Shown piece by piece: positions 36,321 to 44,716 of a stretch of 64,000 bases of DNA; positions within the stretch are counted from its first letter, which is position 1, and every line of letters starts with the position of its first letter. Origin of the DNA: Shigella phage Ag3; sequence record FJ373894; one strand, 5' to 3'. The notes below the pieces were generated by a model, which saw only the letters and a program-made list of their open reading frames with translations, had not been told where the DNA came from and searched no databases. The position numbers were made by a program, and so were the translations under genes.

Positions 36321-36886
36321 TTACGTTCTCCGTAGAATTTAACGAACGGTGCCCAACCATCAAATGGATTGAGGAATTCGTAGTCCACTTCCATCTTGTC
36401 AATGAAAGCCTCTATATCGTCCTCTATGATACCAGCGCGGTCGGCCTTTGAAATGCGGGTGATAGGACATTTCGTACTCAGCGCCCATTCATATTCCTGA
36501 GGGGTACGCAGGTCACTCACGATGTAATGGACGTGAGGGTTCTGCTCTACCAGAGGAAGCTGGAAGCGCTTGAAGAACGCCAGGAACAGATCGGGCTGTA
36601 CATAACGCAAGCCCGTATCGCTGCCGAGATGGAGCCAGATCTGCCTTGGGGTTAAGCCCTTGGGGTTATCAGGGTGGACGTAAGGAACGTCCTTCACGGC
36701 ATCCTCTACCTCCGCTGGCAGCCATGGGTAGATGTAGTTGGCAACCCGGCGCAGTTCGTCTGAGAAAGAAAGACGCTGGATATCCATATCGCCCTGTAGA
36801 TGGTGATAGCTGATGAGGGACTCCAAACAGAAGTCCTTACCGGAGCGCTTGCGCCCCGTAAAGAATTCGAGGTTCGGGTACATCAT
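36317..36886 (-). CDS. deoxynucleoside monophosphate kinase (T4 gp1-like)
   Basis: P-loop FFTGRKRSGKD matches T4 gp1 FLSGVKRSGKD; HYIVSDLRTPQEY matches gp1 YYIVPDTRQDHEM. Confidence 0.8.
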   Translation of the reverse strand: MMYPNLEFFTGRKRSGKDFCLESLISYHHLQGDMDIQRLSFSDELRRVANYIYPWLPAEVEDAVKDVPYVHPDNPKGLTPRQIWLHLGSDTGLRYVQPDLFLAFFKRFQLPLVEQNPHVHYIVSDLRTPQEYEWALSTKCPITRISKADRAGIIEDDIEAFIDKMEVDYEFLNPFDGWAPFVKFYGERK

Positions 36887-37932
36887 ACCACACCTTCCAG
36901 GAACTTAGGATCAACAATCTTGCGGTCAACTGGAGAATGGGTGAGCGCAATGTTCAAACCATGATCCTGAATCCGGTTCATGTTGATGAGCTTATCGTTC
37001 AGTTTGCAGTACAGGCAGTATGCCATTTGCATGATCAAGCCACGATCAGCATCATATTCCTTCAGGTGAGCAACCAAAGTTTCCCACGGGCTACCGATAT
37101 CACAATGATGGAGCACACCAGTGAACAGATTGCGGATATGGTTCTGGTTGGTCACGTTCTTGAAGTGAATCATGGAGTTGATGAACCCAGCTTCTACTTT
37201 GGTGTCCTTCGTGATCTTGCCCAGCTGCTTCTGGCTGACTTCATTGTTGTAGTAATGAAGATTGTTGGAGAAGAGCTTGTACTGGCCGACATCAACATCC
37301 AGCACCTGAGCAATCACTTCCTGAAGAATAGAGAACTCAATGAAGTTGATTGAACTCATCCCCCACAGAACATCCTGTGAGCGGTTGATGACCGTCAGGT
37401 TCAGGCGACCGTCAACGATGGCGAACAACAGAGCCAGGTTACACACCATGTCTTTAGTCTTCGCTTCGCCACTCTCGCTGAACTTCGCCAGGCCAGCATC
37501 TGAATCCAGAGCCGGATCATAGATGGTGAGGTACGCCTGACGGGTGTTTGGGTTCTTGCGCAGGCGGTTGATGACGCTATCCAGCTGGCCATGGGCGTAC
37601 AGACGCGGACCATAAGCGGCTCGCCATGTTACCCCATCATCCGAAAAGTTAGCAGCGCGAGGCAATACGCGTGACAGGAACTTTATGTCGTTGCGGCCTG
37701 ACAACACCCAGAAGGTCTCCCCAATAGCTGCGATAGCCGATGAGTTGCGACCTTCAACGGAGAGCCAGCGGTCACGAATATCGGAAACAGTGATCGTCAC
37801 ACCATCAAGGAATCGGGTGCCGTCCGTGTTGATCTCCGCGTTACCAGGGTCCGACTCAATTCCGTATTCGCGGATAGCCAAGACAGCCTGCTTCAGCATG
37901 TCATTGTTGTTAATTGCTTTGATTTCCATCAA
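36883..37932 (-). CDS. thymidylate synthase-fold pyrimidine hydroxymethylase (dUMP/dCMP hydroxymethylase-like)
   Basis: 349 aa; ThyA-superfamily motifs in order: FWVLSGRNDIKFL, catalytic Cys in DMVCNLALLF, INRSQDVLWGMSSINF, NNLHYYNN; occupies the gene-42 position near uvsX. Confidence 0.8.
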   Translation of the reverse strand: MMEIKAINNNDMLKQAVLAIREYGIESDPGNAEINTDGTRFLDGVTITVSDIRDRWLSVEGRNSSAIAAIGETFWVLSGRNDIKFLSRVLPRAANFSDDGVTWRAAYGPRLYAHGQLDSVINRLRKNPNTRQAYLTIYDPALDSDAGLAKFSESGEAKTKDMVCNLALLFAIVDGRLNLTVINRSQDVLWGMSSINFIEFSILQEVIAQVLDVDVGQYKLFSNNLHYYNNEVSQKQLGKITKDTKVEAGFINSMIHFKNVTNQNHIRNLFTGVLHHCDIGSPWETLVAHLKEYDADRGLIMQMAYCLYCKLNDKLINMNRIQDHGLNIALTHSPVDRKIVDPKFLEGVV

Positions 37933-38591
37933 TCAATACTCCCAAAATCACGACAGAGGAATGCCATTACAGCCTGGTCTACTGTTAGACCGTGAGACTT
38001 CATCATACCTGCGGCCACCGTAGGGAACAAGCCTTTATGGCGCTGGCGATGGTCTTGAACACGCTCCCACTTCTCTACCACGAGGCTCTCATTGAAGTCC
38101 GCACCGCCGTTGCGTGATTTCACACGGGCGATGCACGTTTCAAGAGGGGTGTCCATGAAGAGAACAACCAGTTCGCGCGGTGGGCGCGTCAGGCGGGGGA
38201 TCCAGGAACTCAGTAGAGTTGAAGGGATGATGCCTTCGAAGATCACATCGTATACCTGATATTCAGGTAGATCAGCGATGCTCAGGGCGAAGAGCATTTG
38301 TTCAGTGTCCTTCAGTGAATCAACCCCCTTGGACTTTGACTTGTCATATTTGCCGATACACACCACGTTGAATGACGGGCAGACCGTCAACATAATCTTG
38401 CCGTCATGTGTCACAACATACGCCTGAGGATCCCTCTCCGCCAGCTGAGACGGTACGGTGGATTTGCCGCTACCATTGGAGCCTTTGACGTAATAGAGTT
38501 GCCCTCGTGCTGGGTAGATCCCCTTTACGACGGGTGGTTTAATGAATGTGTGGACGGGGCGCTTGAGCAACCCCTTGAGGGAGTAGGACAT
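37929..38591 (-). CDS. P-loop kinase (candidate 5-hydroxymethyl-pyrimidine DNA or nucleotide kinase)
   Basis: Walker A GSNGSGKST; about 220 aa; translationally coupled upstream of the hydroxymethylase; specific substrate is inferred. Confidence 0.45.
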   Translation of the reverse strand: MSYSLKGLLKRPVHTFIKPPVVKGIYPARGQLYYVKGSNGSGKSTVPSQLAERDPQAYVVTHDGKIMLTVCPSFNVVCIGKYDKSKSKGVDSLKDTEQMLFALSIADLPEYQVYDVIFEGIIPSTLLSSWIPRLTRPPRELVVLFMDTPLETCIARVKSRNGGADFNESLVVEKWERVQDHRQRHKGLFPTVAAGMMKSHGLTVDQAVMAFLCRDFGSID

Positions 38592-38603
38592 AGACTGCTC
38601 CAA

Positions 38604-38635
38604 TAAACAAAAGGAGCTGCTATTATAGCAGCCCC
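38604..38635 (-). terminator. intrinsic terminator upstream of kinase gene
   Basis: GCTGCT-ATAAT-AGCAGC hairpin (extendable with GG/CC) on the minus strand followed by TTTTGTTTATT. Confidence 0.5.
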
Positions 38636-38665
38636 TTCATCTATTGAACAGCTTCTGAACTTAAA

Positions 38666-39532
38666 TTACGCGGCGGCTTTCGCTTCGGCCAGCGCCTGAG
38701 GCAACCATGCGTTGATTGCTTTGACCAGAGACTCAGCATCGGCCTCTTTGATCTTCTGGCGTTTGGTGAAGGACTTGCCGTTCACGTACAGACTGAAGCC
38801 CCAGCCGCCGGAAACGATAGGCGCGACGTCAACGTATGTGTTGGTGCGGGCGTGCAGGTTTTCAGGGTTGGCCAGTTCGGTGACCGGGAACTGGAACCAG
38901 CGCATGTCTGGGTTCACGTAGCTCAGGAACACACCTGGGACAACTCCTGCTTCAATCGCAGCCAAGACCGGACCGTGGGTAGATGCACGGGCGGCGTCAA
39001 CCATTTCTTCACGTTTGGTATGACGGCGTTTACGCTCTTCCAGCGCCGCCTGCGGGGTCAGGGTCTTACCCTTCGCCGCTTCTTTCAGCATAGAAGACGC
39101 CAGGGAACCTACTTTCGCGTCGGACGGCTGATTACCTTCTTCCAGCGCTGCGTTGACTGCGTCTTTAACCGCGTCTACCGGGGCGTCAGACACTGGGGCT
39201 TCACCTGCGTCGGCGTTACCAGCACCAGCGGTTGCGTCGGCAGAGATCGGCGCTTCAGCATCAACGGTTTCAGCGTCTTTCAGGGATACTTCAGCGTGGG
39301 CTTGCTCTTGGGCTTGCGCCAGAGCCTGCTGAGTTTCTTCCTTCTCTTCAGCGCTCAGACCTTCAATCAGTTCGAAGCCGTTGGCGGACTGAAGAACGCC
39401 TTCCACCATACGGCGCAGGGTAACGTTGCCGATCATCAGGCCTGCTTCTTTGATTTCAGCCTGGATAGCAGTAACGTCTTTGCCTTCAATTTCAATTTTG
39501 GTACCAGAATCTACATGAAGAATATATGACAT
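38666..39532 (-). CDS. hypothetical two-domain protein with Ala/Glu/Asp-rich linker
   Basis: 288 aa from ATG 39532 (AAAGGG upstream); low-complexity linker AEAPISADATAGAGNADAGEAPVSDAPVD between two globular parts. Confidence 0.45.
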   Translation of the reverse strand: MSYILHVDSGTKIEIEGKDVTAIQAEIKEAGLMIGNVTLRRMVEGVLQSANGFELIEGLSAEEKEETQQALAQAQEQAHAEVSLKDAETVDAEAPISADATAGAGNADAGEAPVSDAPVDAVKDAVNAALEEGNQPSDAKVGSLASSMLKEAAKGKTLTPQAALEERKRRHTKREEMVDAARASTHGPVLAAIEAGVVPGVFLSYVNPDMRWFQFPVTELANPENLHARTNTYVDVAPIVSGGWGFSLYVNGKSFTKRQKIKEADAESLVKAINAWLPQALAEAKAAA

Positions 39533-39602
39533 AATAAAAACCCTTTCGTTATTAAGACCGTCTTCGCGGCATATTGCTGTTCTGACTGTGTAGTGAGAAC
39601 AT

Positions 39603-39630
39603 AATATACTGCATTTTTCATAAATGTAAA
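39603..39630 (-). promoter_or_regulatory. sigma70-type promoter candidate (TTTACA-16-TATATT)
   Basis: On minus strand: -35 TTTACA, 16-nt spacer, -10 TATATT, about 70 nt upstream of ATG 39532, in a 176-bp AT-rich intergenic region. Confidence 0.35.
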
Positions 39631-39708
39631 CCACTTTTTATTGAAAAGAAGTTTACACCTTAGTGTTACATGGTGCCCCGCCAAGCGGAGCGCGAACTTG
39701 CGTGAATA

Positions 39709-40002
39709 TTAACTTTCTACGTCAATATTGAAAACCATTTCCGGCGGCCAACAAGTTGTTAGCTCGACTTTTGCGAACCGTGGTTGGCAGTACGCATCAA
39801 CTGACTCATCAAACAGACAGTGTTCTACATTTGCGACCATCAGATCATCATCCAGCACTTCAACAGAATGGACAATGATCTTGTGGTCATACGTCAGGCA
39901 ACCGTCTAAATGCATGTTGTCGGCGCGGAGGTGTTGCATGATGAAATACTCTATGATCGACTCAAGGACAGTCGTCATCTTCAGATAACGTTTCATACAC
40001 AC
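39709..40002 (-). CDS. hypothetical protein
   Basis: 97-aa ORF in operon context. Confidence 0.4.
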   Translation of the reverse strand: MCMKRYLKMTTVLESIIEYFIMQHLRADNMHLDGCLTYDHKIIVHSVEVLDDDLMVANVEHCLFDESVDAYCQPRFAKVELTTCWPPEMVFNIDVES

Positions 40003-40016
40003 CTCTCACAGTGGGG

Positions 40017-40766
40017 TTATTTGGACAGGTAGAAGTTTGGAACTTCAGGGAAATGCTCTGGTAGATATTCCCCCAGAATATCCTGCTTCACCTTCCCTTC
40101 GATATCTTCGCGGATCCGACGAATTACGTCTTCCTGTTGTTCTATCGCCATCACTTCTTCCATAGCGGAGTACAAGTTGTCTAGAATGACACCTACGTAG
40201 TTGTGGATGGCACGACAGGAGTTCTGGTCATACTCCATATCTGGATGAATCGCCAGGTCGACCTGATCACGCCCTACCAGCAGATGCCCAGACACCAGAT
40301 TTATCGGGTATTGGAATACTTCACCAGATTTGACAGCAACCCCGTCGGCTTGCTTCAGCAGGAATTCGGTTTCAGAGAAGCGTTCAAGTAGTTCCGATGG
40401 GAATACCATATCGAGATTCTGACGCTTGCGACTAAAGAAGTACAGACAATGCGCCAGTTTCAGGCATGCATCGGTAGCCATCTTCATGTGTGCTTTAGCG
40501 TGTTCATAACCAGCGATCACATCACGGACATAATCGTACAGGTCGGCATGACCAAAACGGATGTCCTCTTCGAAGCGGATTGCCGCCTCGCTGTCTGATT
40601 TCAAACCCAGCACGTCAAAGATGTTGTGTTCACGGACGGATCTGCCTTTGCGATCAAAGCCCAGAACACAACCGACTTCGAATCCACTCTTTTCAAAATT
40701 TGGGAGTTTCATATCAAGGCGAGCTGGGGTGAATTCCAACCCGAACATACGATAAAATTGTGACAT
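40017..40766 (-). CDS. hypothetical protein
   Basis: 249-aa ORF; no recognisable motif. Confidence 0.45.
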   Translation of the reverse strand: MSQFYRMFGLEFTPARLDMKLPNFEKSGFEVGCVLGFDRKGRSVREHNIFDVLGLKSDSEAAIRFEEDIRFGHADLYDYVRDVIAGYEHAKAHMKMATDACLKLAHCLYFFSRKRQNLDMVFPSELLERFSETEFLLKQADGVAVKSGEVFQYPINLVSGHLLVGRDQVDLAIHPDMEYDQNSCRAIHNYVGVILDNLYSAMEEVMAIEQQEDVIRRIREDIEGKVKQDILGEYLPEHFPEVPNFYLSK

Positions 40767-40828
40767 GTTATAGCCTCATTGTTTAGGTTTACCCGTTCAC
40801 GAATTATCCCTCGGAACGGGTTATAGAA

Positions 40829-41533
40829 CTATTTCTTCTTATGCATCCGACGCGCATCTTTCCAAACAGACATCTGACTCTGTTTCTGGAAGCGAGCGGT
40901 GCGCATGAAGAGGACGATCTCCCAGTACTGTGGCTCGATCTCATAGAGCTGAGTTCGGAAGCGGTCGGCGCGGTACAATTTCACACAGTGATTGTACAGC
41001 GGGTGGTTGGCGAACCGCTTCAGAGCATCCCAAGTGAGCTTCAGTCGCGTCTTTGAGCGGTACGCCCGTTCGTTGCGCAACTTGATGAGATCTTCGAACA
41101 CTAACAGCCTGAGCTTCGGTGGCAGGTAATGCATGTTCAGTCCCCAGAGGTATGTCACGCCCTTCTCTCCAAAGGTGATCCCATCACCCTGAGCGAAGTT
41201 GAAGAAGAACACCAGAGGATACATATCCCAGTACGGCAGTTCGTCCTTCGTCAGAGCGTCGTATTTGAAATAGAACATGCGCCCGACCATATACCGCACA
41301 CCCTGTACGGGGCGCTTGTGATCAGCGAACGCCTGTTTCATATGGTTGGGAGTCAGGTTGGCGTCCTTAGACACACGCTCCATGAACCACACATGCGAAC
41401 GGCGGATGTTGCGCTTCGCCTCTGGACCGAAGTGTTGGCGGTACTTTCGGATGTATCGCTTGACGAGTTCAGGGGCGTCCATCTCGGCCGGAAACAGCAA
41501 CGGATCTTCTTCGCCAGCTGCATTCTTTGCCAT
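40829..41533 (-). CDS. hypothetical protein
   Basis: 234 aa; basic C-terminus; no recognisable motif. Confidence 0.45.
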   Translation of the reverse strand: MAKNAAGEEDPLLFPAEMDAPELVKRYIRKYRQHFGPEAKRNIRRSHVWFMERVSKDANLTPNHMKQAFADHKRPVQGVRYMVGRMFYFKYDALTKDELPYWDMYPLVFFFNFAQGDGITFGEKGVTYLWGLNMHYLPPKLRLLVFEDLIKLRNERAYRSKTRLKLTWDALKRFANHPLYNHCVKLYRADRFRTQLYEIEPQYWEIVLFMRTARFQKQSQMSVWKDARRMHKKK

Positions 41534-41544
41534 TTGTCAACTCC

Positions 41545-41552
41545 TATAAATA
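41545..41552 (+). promoter_or_regulatory. T4-type late promoter-like element TATAAATA
   Basis: Exact TATAAATA on plus strand 35 nt upstream of the GTG start of 41587..42531, in a 53-bp divergent intergenic region; GGAG RBS 8 nt before start. Confidence 0.45.
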
Positions 41553-41586
41553 ACAACAGTTATCTTATTTAAGTGGAGTCCTCACC

Positions 41587-42531
41587 GTGGAAGACTATCG
41601 CAATTTTATCACACAGATGTTACAGCGGGGCTTGTCGCGCAAGAACCGCTTCAGAGTGACCATCCCTCTGCCACCAGGGATCTTTGACTCCAATGCCACT
41701 CTGGCTAATGACGGAAAGGCGTATAGCACCAATTCATCTTTCGGCGACTTGTTTAAGCAGTCAGCCCGTATTGTAAACGCTTTCTTTGGAGGGACAAACC
41801 AGACGTCCCGTTCGCTTCAGATGATGTGTATGGTTGCCTCATTGCCGGGGGTTGGTATCGACACCACCCCAATGACGAACAACGGCAACCACATCAAGAT
41901 GCCGAACAACAAGTCCAACGTCGACCTCGACCTGTCATTCTTGTTGGCTAATGACTATTACGAGAAGTCTGTGATGGACAAGTGGAAGAGTCTGATCTTT
42001 GATCCATACACGACCAAGATGGGCTATTACGAAGACTTCGTCACCGACATCTGCATTGAACAGCTTGACACCGAAGATCAAGTGGTCCACCGCGTCTACA
42101 TCGTCGAGGCTCATCCGATCAACTTCAGTTCCATCGAGCTGGACAAAGGTGCCACCGATCAGTTCAACCAATACAACATCTCTTTCTCTTACAACAAAGT
42201 GCTCTCGGAGACAGAATATGAAACACGCAGCCTCGCCAGCGACTTTCTTCCTCTCGGTATTACTGACGCTCTTGCCAGTGGTGACTGGGAAACTGCGGCC
42301 TCAAAAGCCGGACAGCTTTATCGGAAAGTCAAAGAAGGAAACTTCACAGGAGAGGCTCTCCTGGCTTACAAACAGCTTGACCAACTTGTAAACAACCTGG
42401 CTGGGATCAGCCTACAGGACTTCGAGCGCATCTCAGTGGGTATCTCTCGTGACATCATGGGCAACGATAACCTGACGGCGGCGGAGAAGACAAACCTGTT
42501 GGGGATATTGCAAGACGTGATGGGCAAATAA
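41587..42531 (+). CDS. putative late protein (possible virion component)
   Basis: 314 aa, GTG start; sole plus-strand gene in a long minus-strand early block; N-terminal RKNRFRVTIPLPPG faintly resembles the tail-tube family motif (RxNxFxVxI). Confidence 0.5.
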   Translation: MEDYRNFITQMLQRGLSRKNRFRVTIPLPPGIFDSNATLANDGKAYSTNSSFGDLFKQSARIVNAFFGGTNQTSRSLQMMCMVASLPGVGIDTTPMTNNGNHIKMPNNKSNVDLDLSFLLANDYYEKSVMDKWKSLIFDPYTTKMGYYEDFVTDICIEQLDTEDQVVHRVYIVEAHPINFSSIELDKGATDQFNQYNISFSYNKVLSETEYETRSLASDFLPLGITDALASGDWETAASKAGQLYRKVKEGNFTGEALLAYKQLDQLVNNLAGISLQDFERISVGISRDIMGNDNLTAAEKTNLLGILQDVMGK

Positions 42532-42532
42532 A

Positions 42533-42552
42533 AAGCCCTCCGAAGAGGGCTT
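42533..42552. terminator. bidirectional intrinsic terminator between convergent genes
   Basis: AAGCCCTC-CGAA-GAGGGCTT perfect 8-bp stem; A-run upstream (U-tract for the minus-strand gp32 transcript), T-containing tract downstream. Confidence 0.55.
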
Positions 42553-42557
42553 GTTCA

Positions 42558-43589
42558 TTAGTTAGACTTGAGGTACTGCTCGAAGTCGTCGATGGAAGCC
42601 GTGTTCTTGGCGTCCGGTGTAGACTGAGACTGAATTTGAGTCTGAGTCTGTGACGGCGCGGCCTGCTGTTGTTTCAGGCTGTCTTGAGCAGTTGGCTGCT
42701 GGTGAGCAGTCTGGGTGTTAGGGGCATGTGCCATCGTGGCCGCACCACCTTCAACCAGAGGCTGGTCATCAGGGATTGCCAGAACTTTACGCAGGCGCTT
42801 TTCCAGAGAGTCGTAGTCTTTGAAGTTAGCCGGATTGAAGAATTCAAACAGGCTGTGTTCACGAGACCAGACGTCTTCCATATACGCTTCGTCATCACTC
42901 AGCGGGGCAGGATTCTCCCACACCACCTTACTGAAGTTGGCCACCAGACCTTCCCAGTTCCCAAACTTCTTCTGCTCACCAAAGAGCTTCAGGTTCAGGT
43001 TGGCACCTTCCCACAGATCGAACGGATCGAATTTAGGGTCGGTTGGGAATTTCGGGTTCTGCGCCTGATCCAGGATTTTCTTGATGGCGTTACCAAACTC
43101 CAGCAGGAAGACCTTGCCGTTGTTTTCTGGTACGTTGACATCGTTGATCACCAGGATGTTGGCGTAGTATTTGGTGTCAGGCAGACGTTTCTTCAGGATG
43201 TCCTTCAGCTTTTCGTCGTTCGTTTCTTTCTGTTGCGCCCACAGCGGACGGTCATGGTCGCGCACCGGATCGTCGTTGCCGAACGTCTGAGGTGAGTTCT
43301 CAATGTACCAACCACCAGGTCCCTGGAACTGATGCTTCATGATCATGGCGCAAGGGGTCAGGATCTGATCTTTATCGATCGTTCCTTCTTCCTGTGCCTT
43401 GAGGTCTACCAGCGGGACTGGCAGGAAGCGGATGGTGTTCTCGGAGATGCCATCTTTGTTCCAAGTCCATTTCCAGATGCGAGGATCCTTCTGGAAGCCG
43501 GACTTCTGGCCTTGCTGTGCAAGACGCGCCTGCATTGCGTCAGTTTGCTGGCCACGGGACGCTTTCAGACGATCGAATAAATTACCCAT
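42558..43589 (-). CDS. single-stranded DNA-binding protein (T4 gp32-like)
   Basis: 343 aa; TIRFLPVP, YYANILVINDVNVPENNGKVFLLEFG, LWEGANLNLKLFG match gp32 signatures (IRFLP, YWANILVVKD..PENEGKVF, WEGANF.LK); acidic C-terminus. Confidence 0.8.
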   Translation of the reverse strand: MGNLFDRLKASRGQQTDAMQARLAQQGQKSGFQKDPRIWKWTWNKDGISENTIRFLPVPLVDLKAQEEGTIDKDQILTPCAMIMKHQFQGPGGWYIENSPQTFGNDDPVRDHDRPLWAQQKETNDEKLKDILKKRLPDTKYYANILVINDVNVPENNGKVFLLEFGNAIKKILDQAQNPKFPTDPKFDPFDLWEGANLNLKLFGEQKKFGNWEGLVANFSKVVWENPAPLSDDEAYMEDVWSREHSLFEFFNPANFKDYDSLEKRLRKVLAIPDDQPLVEGGAATMAHAPNTQTAHQQPTAQDSLKQQQAAPSQTQTQIQSQSTPDAKNTASIDDFEQYLKSN

Positions 43590-43687
43590 TTCTTAATTCC
43601 TCTGTTTCCGCCCCTCAGGGCTATTCTGTTACATGTATTTTCAGTTTGCTACAAAGCGGGGTAATTATACCCCGATACTACATTGAT

Positions 43688-43927
43688 TTAACCTTTAAGC
43701 ACTTGATTTGCTGGGTCAATTTCAATAATGTCGAACACGTCCGAAAACGTCTTCTTGCCTTCCTCGTGGGTATGGTACTCAACGACATATGAGCGACCAT
43801 CAGGGGTAACGTAACGAATACGATCTGTCTGGTCGGCATGCTCGTTCAGGCTGCCCACTCGCCAGCGCATTGCGCCAGGAAGAAACTCGGCAGCTTTCAT
43901 TGCGCTGTAAATTGATTCTTTGCTCAT
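43688..43927 (-). CDS. hypothetical protein
   Basis: 79-aa ORF. Confidence 0.4.
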   Translation of the reverse strand: MSKESIYSAMKAAEFLPGAMRWRVGSLNEHADQTDRIRYVTPDGRSYVVEYHTHEEGKKTFSDVFDIIEIDPANQVLKG

Positions 43928-43934
43928 AATAAAC

Positions 43935-44180
43935 CTACACTAATTTCTTGGACTTCAGCGTGTCTTTGATCAGGCGCGCATCGGAGCACTCAGCTGTCAG
44001 TCGCGACAACAACGGTGCTGTGATCATCTTTCTGACTTTGGTTTCGTCTATGTCGTTCTCTTCACAGACAGCAGCCAGAGTCTCAAGGATACTATCCTTG
44101 GTTTGGGCGGCGCGCAGTAGGACAATTTCAGAAAATGATTCTGGTGTCATTACAAGCGCTGGTAGTTTTTCGTCAGACAT
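43935..44180 (-). CDS. hypothetical protein
   Basis: 81-aa ORF. Confidence 0.4.
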   Translation of the reverse strand: MSDEKLPALVMTPESFSEIVLLRAAQTKDSILETLAAVCEENDIDETKVRKMITAPLLSRLTAECSDARLIKDTLKSKKLV

Positions 44181-44418
44181 CGATCGTGTTCCCCTTGCCC
44201 GAACCCTTCTTTATCGTGCGCAAGACGTCCTTGAAGCCGTCTGGAGCCGATTGTGGTCCCTTCACCCCAGAGACAATCTTGGGAGCACCCACCACCATTT
44301 TAATCTCCCCTCCGCACTCAGTGCAGGGGTTGGATTCAGGCTCATGGCGATCTGCAATAGATTTACGCAGTGTCAACGCGTTACCGCAGCCCTTGCATTG
44401 ATAATCATACAGCGGCAT
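44173..44418 (-). CDS. FmdB-family zinc-ribbon protein
   Basis: N-terminus MPLYDYQCKGCG and second CTECGG pair match the FmdB-type Zn-ribbon pattern. Confidence 0.5.
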   Translation of the reverse strand: MPLYDYQCKGCGNALTLRKSIADRHEPESNPCTECGGEIKMVVGAPKIVSGVKGPQSAPDGFKDVLRTIKKGSGKGNTIDV

Positions 44419-44716
44419 GGAACACCCCCACAGTTGTCAGTACAAACCGAACCATAATGATAACCAGCAGCAACACTGTAGAAAACACAATGCGCTTAAT
44501 CATTTTGTCACGGATCTGAATGAACTGATATGAGAGGATAGCCTCGGCCTGTTGATCGGCACGAACGTTCGTGTCACGATGTGGTGACAGTGTGTAGAAG
44601 TTGATCTGGTACACATACGCATGAACCAGAGTGAAGAACGACTTCACCCAGACCAAGACAACCACTAACAACAAAGCGAACGTCAGGAAGTTCGCCAACA
44701 ACCAGTAATCTACCAT
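44405..44716 (-). CDS. membrane protein
   Basis: 103 aa; hydrophobic segments at both ends. Confidence 0.4.
   Translation of the reverse strand: MVDYWLLANFLTFALLLVVVLVWVKSFFTLVHAYVYQINFYTLSPHRDTNVRADQQAEAILSYQFIQIRDKMIKRIVFSTVLLLVIIMVRFVLTTVGVFHAAV

Noticed and set aside
39000-39300. Ala/Glu/Asp-rich repetitive stretch, considered as a tandem DNA repeat
   Set aside because: It is a low-complexity linker within a coding region (38666..39532) rather than a non-coding repeat; no exact tandem nucleotide unit found.
38852-39529. Plus-strand ORF 38852..39529 (225 aa)
   Set aside because: Antisense to the minus-strand operon gene 38666..39532; low-complexity Arg/Gly-rich translation typical of a spurious frame.
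40770-40825. Hairpin ACCCGTTC...GAACGGGT between 40017..40766 and 40829..41533, considered as a terminator
   Set aside because: No U-tract follows on the transcribed (minus) strand and the loop is large; left unannotated.
42669-43295. Plus-strand ORF 42669..43295 (208 aa)
   Set aside because: Antisense to the gp32-like gene, which has strong family signatures.
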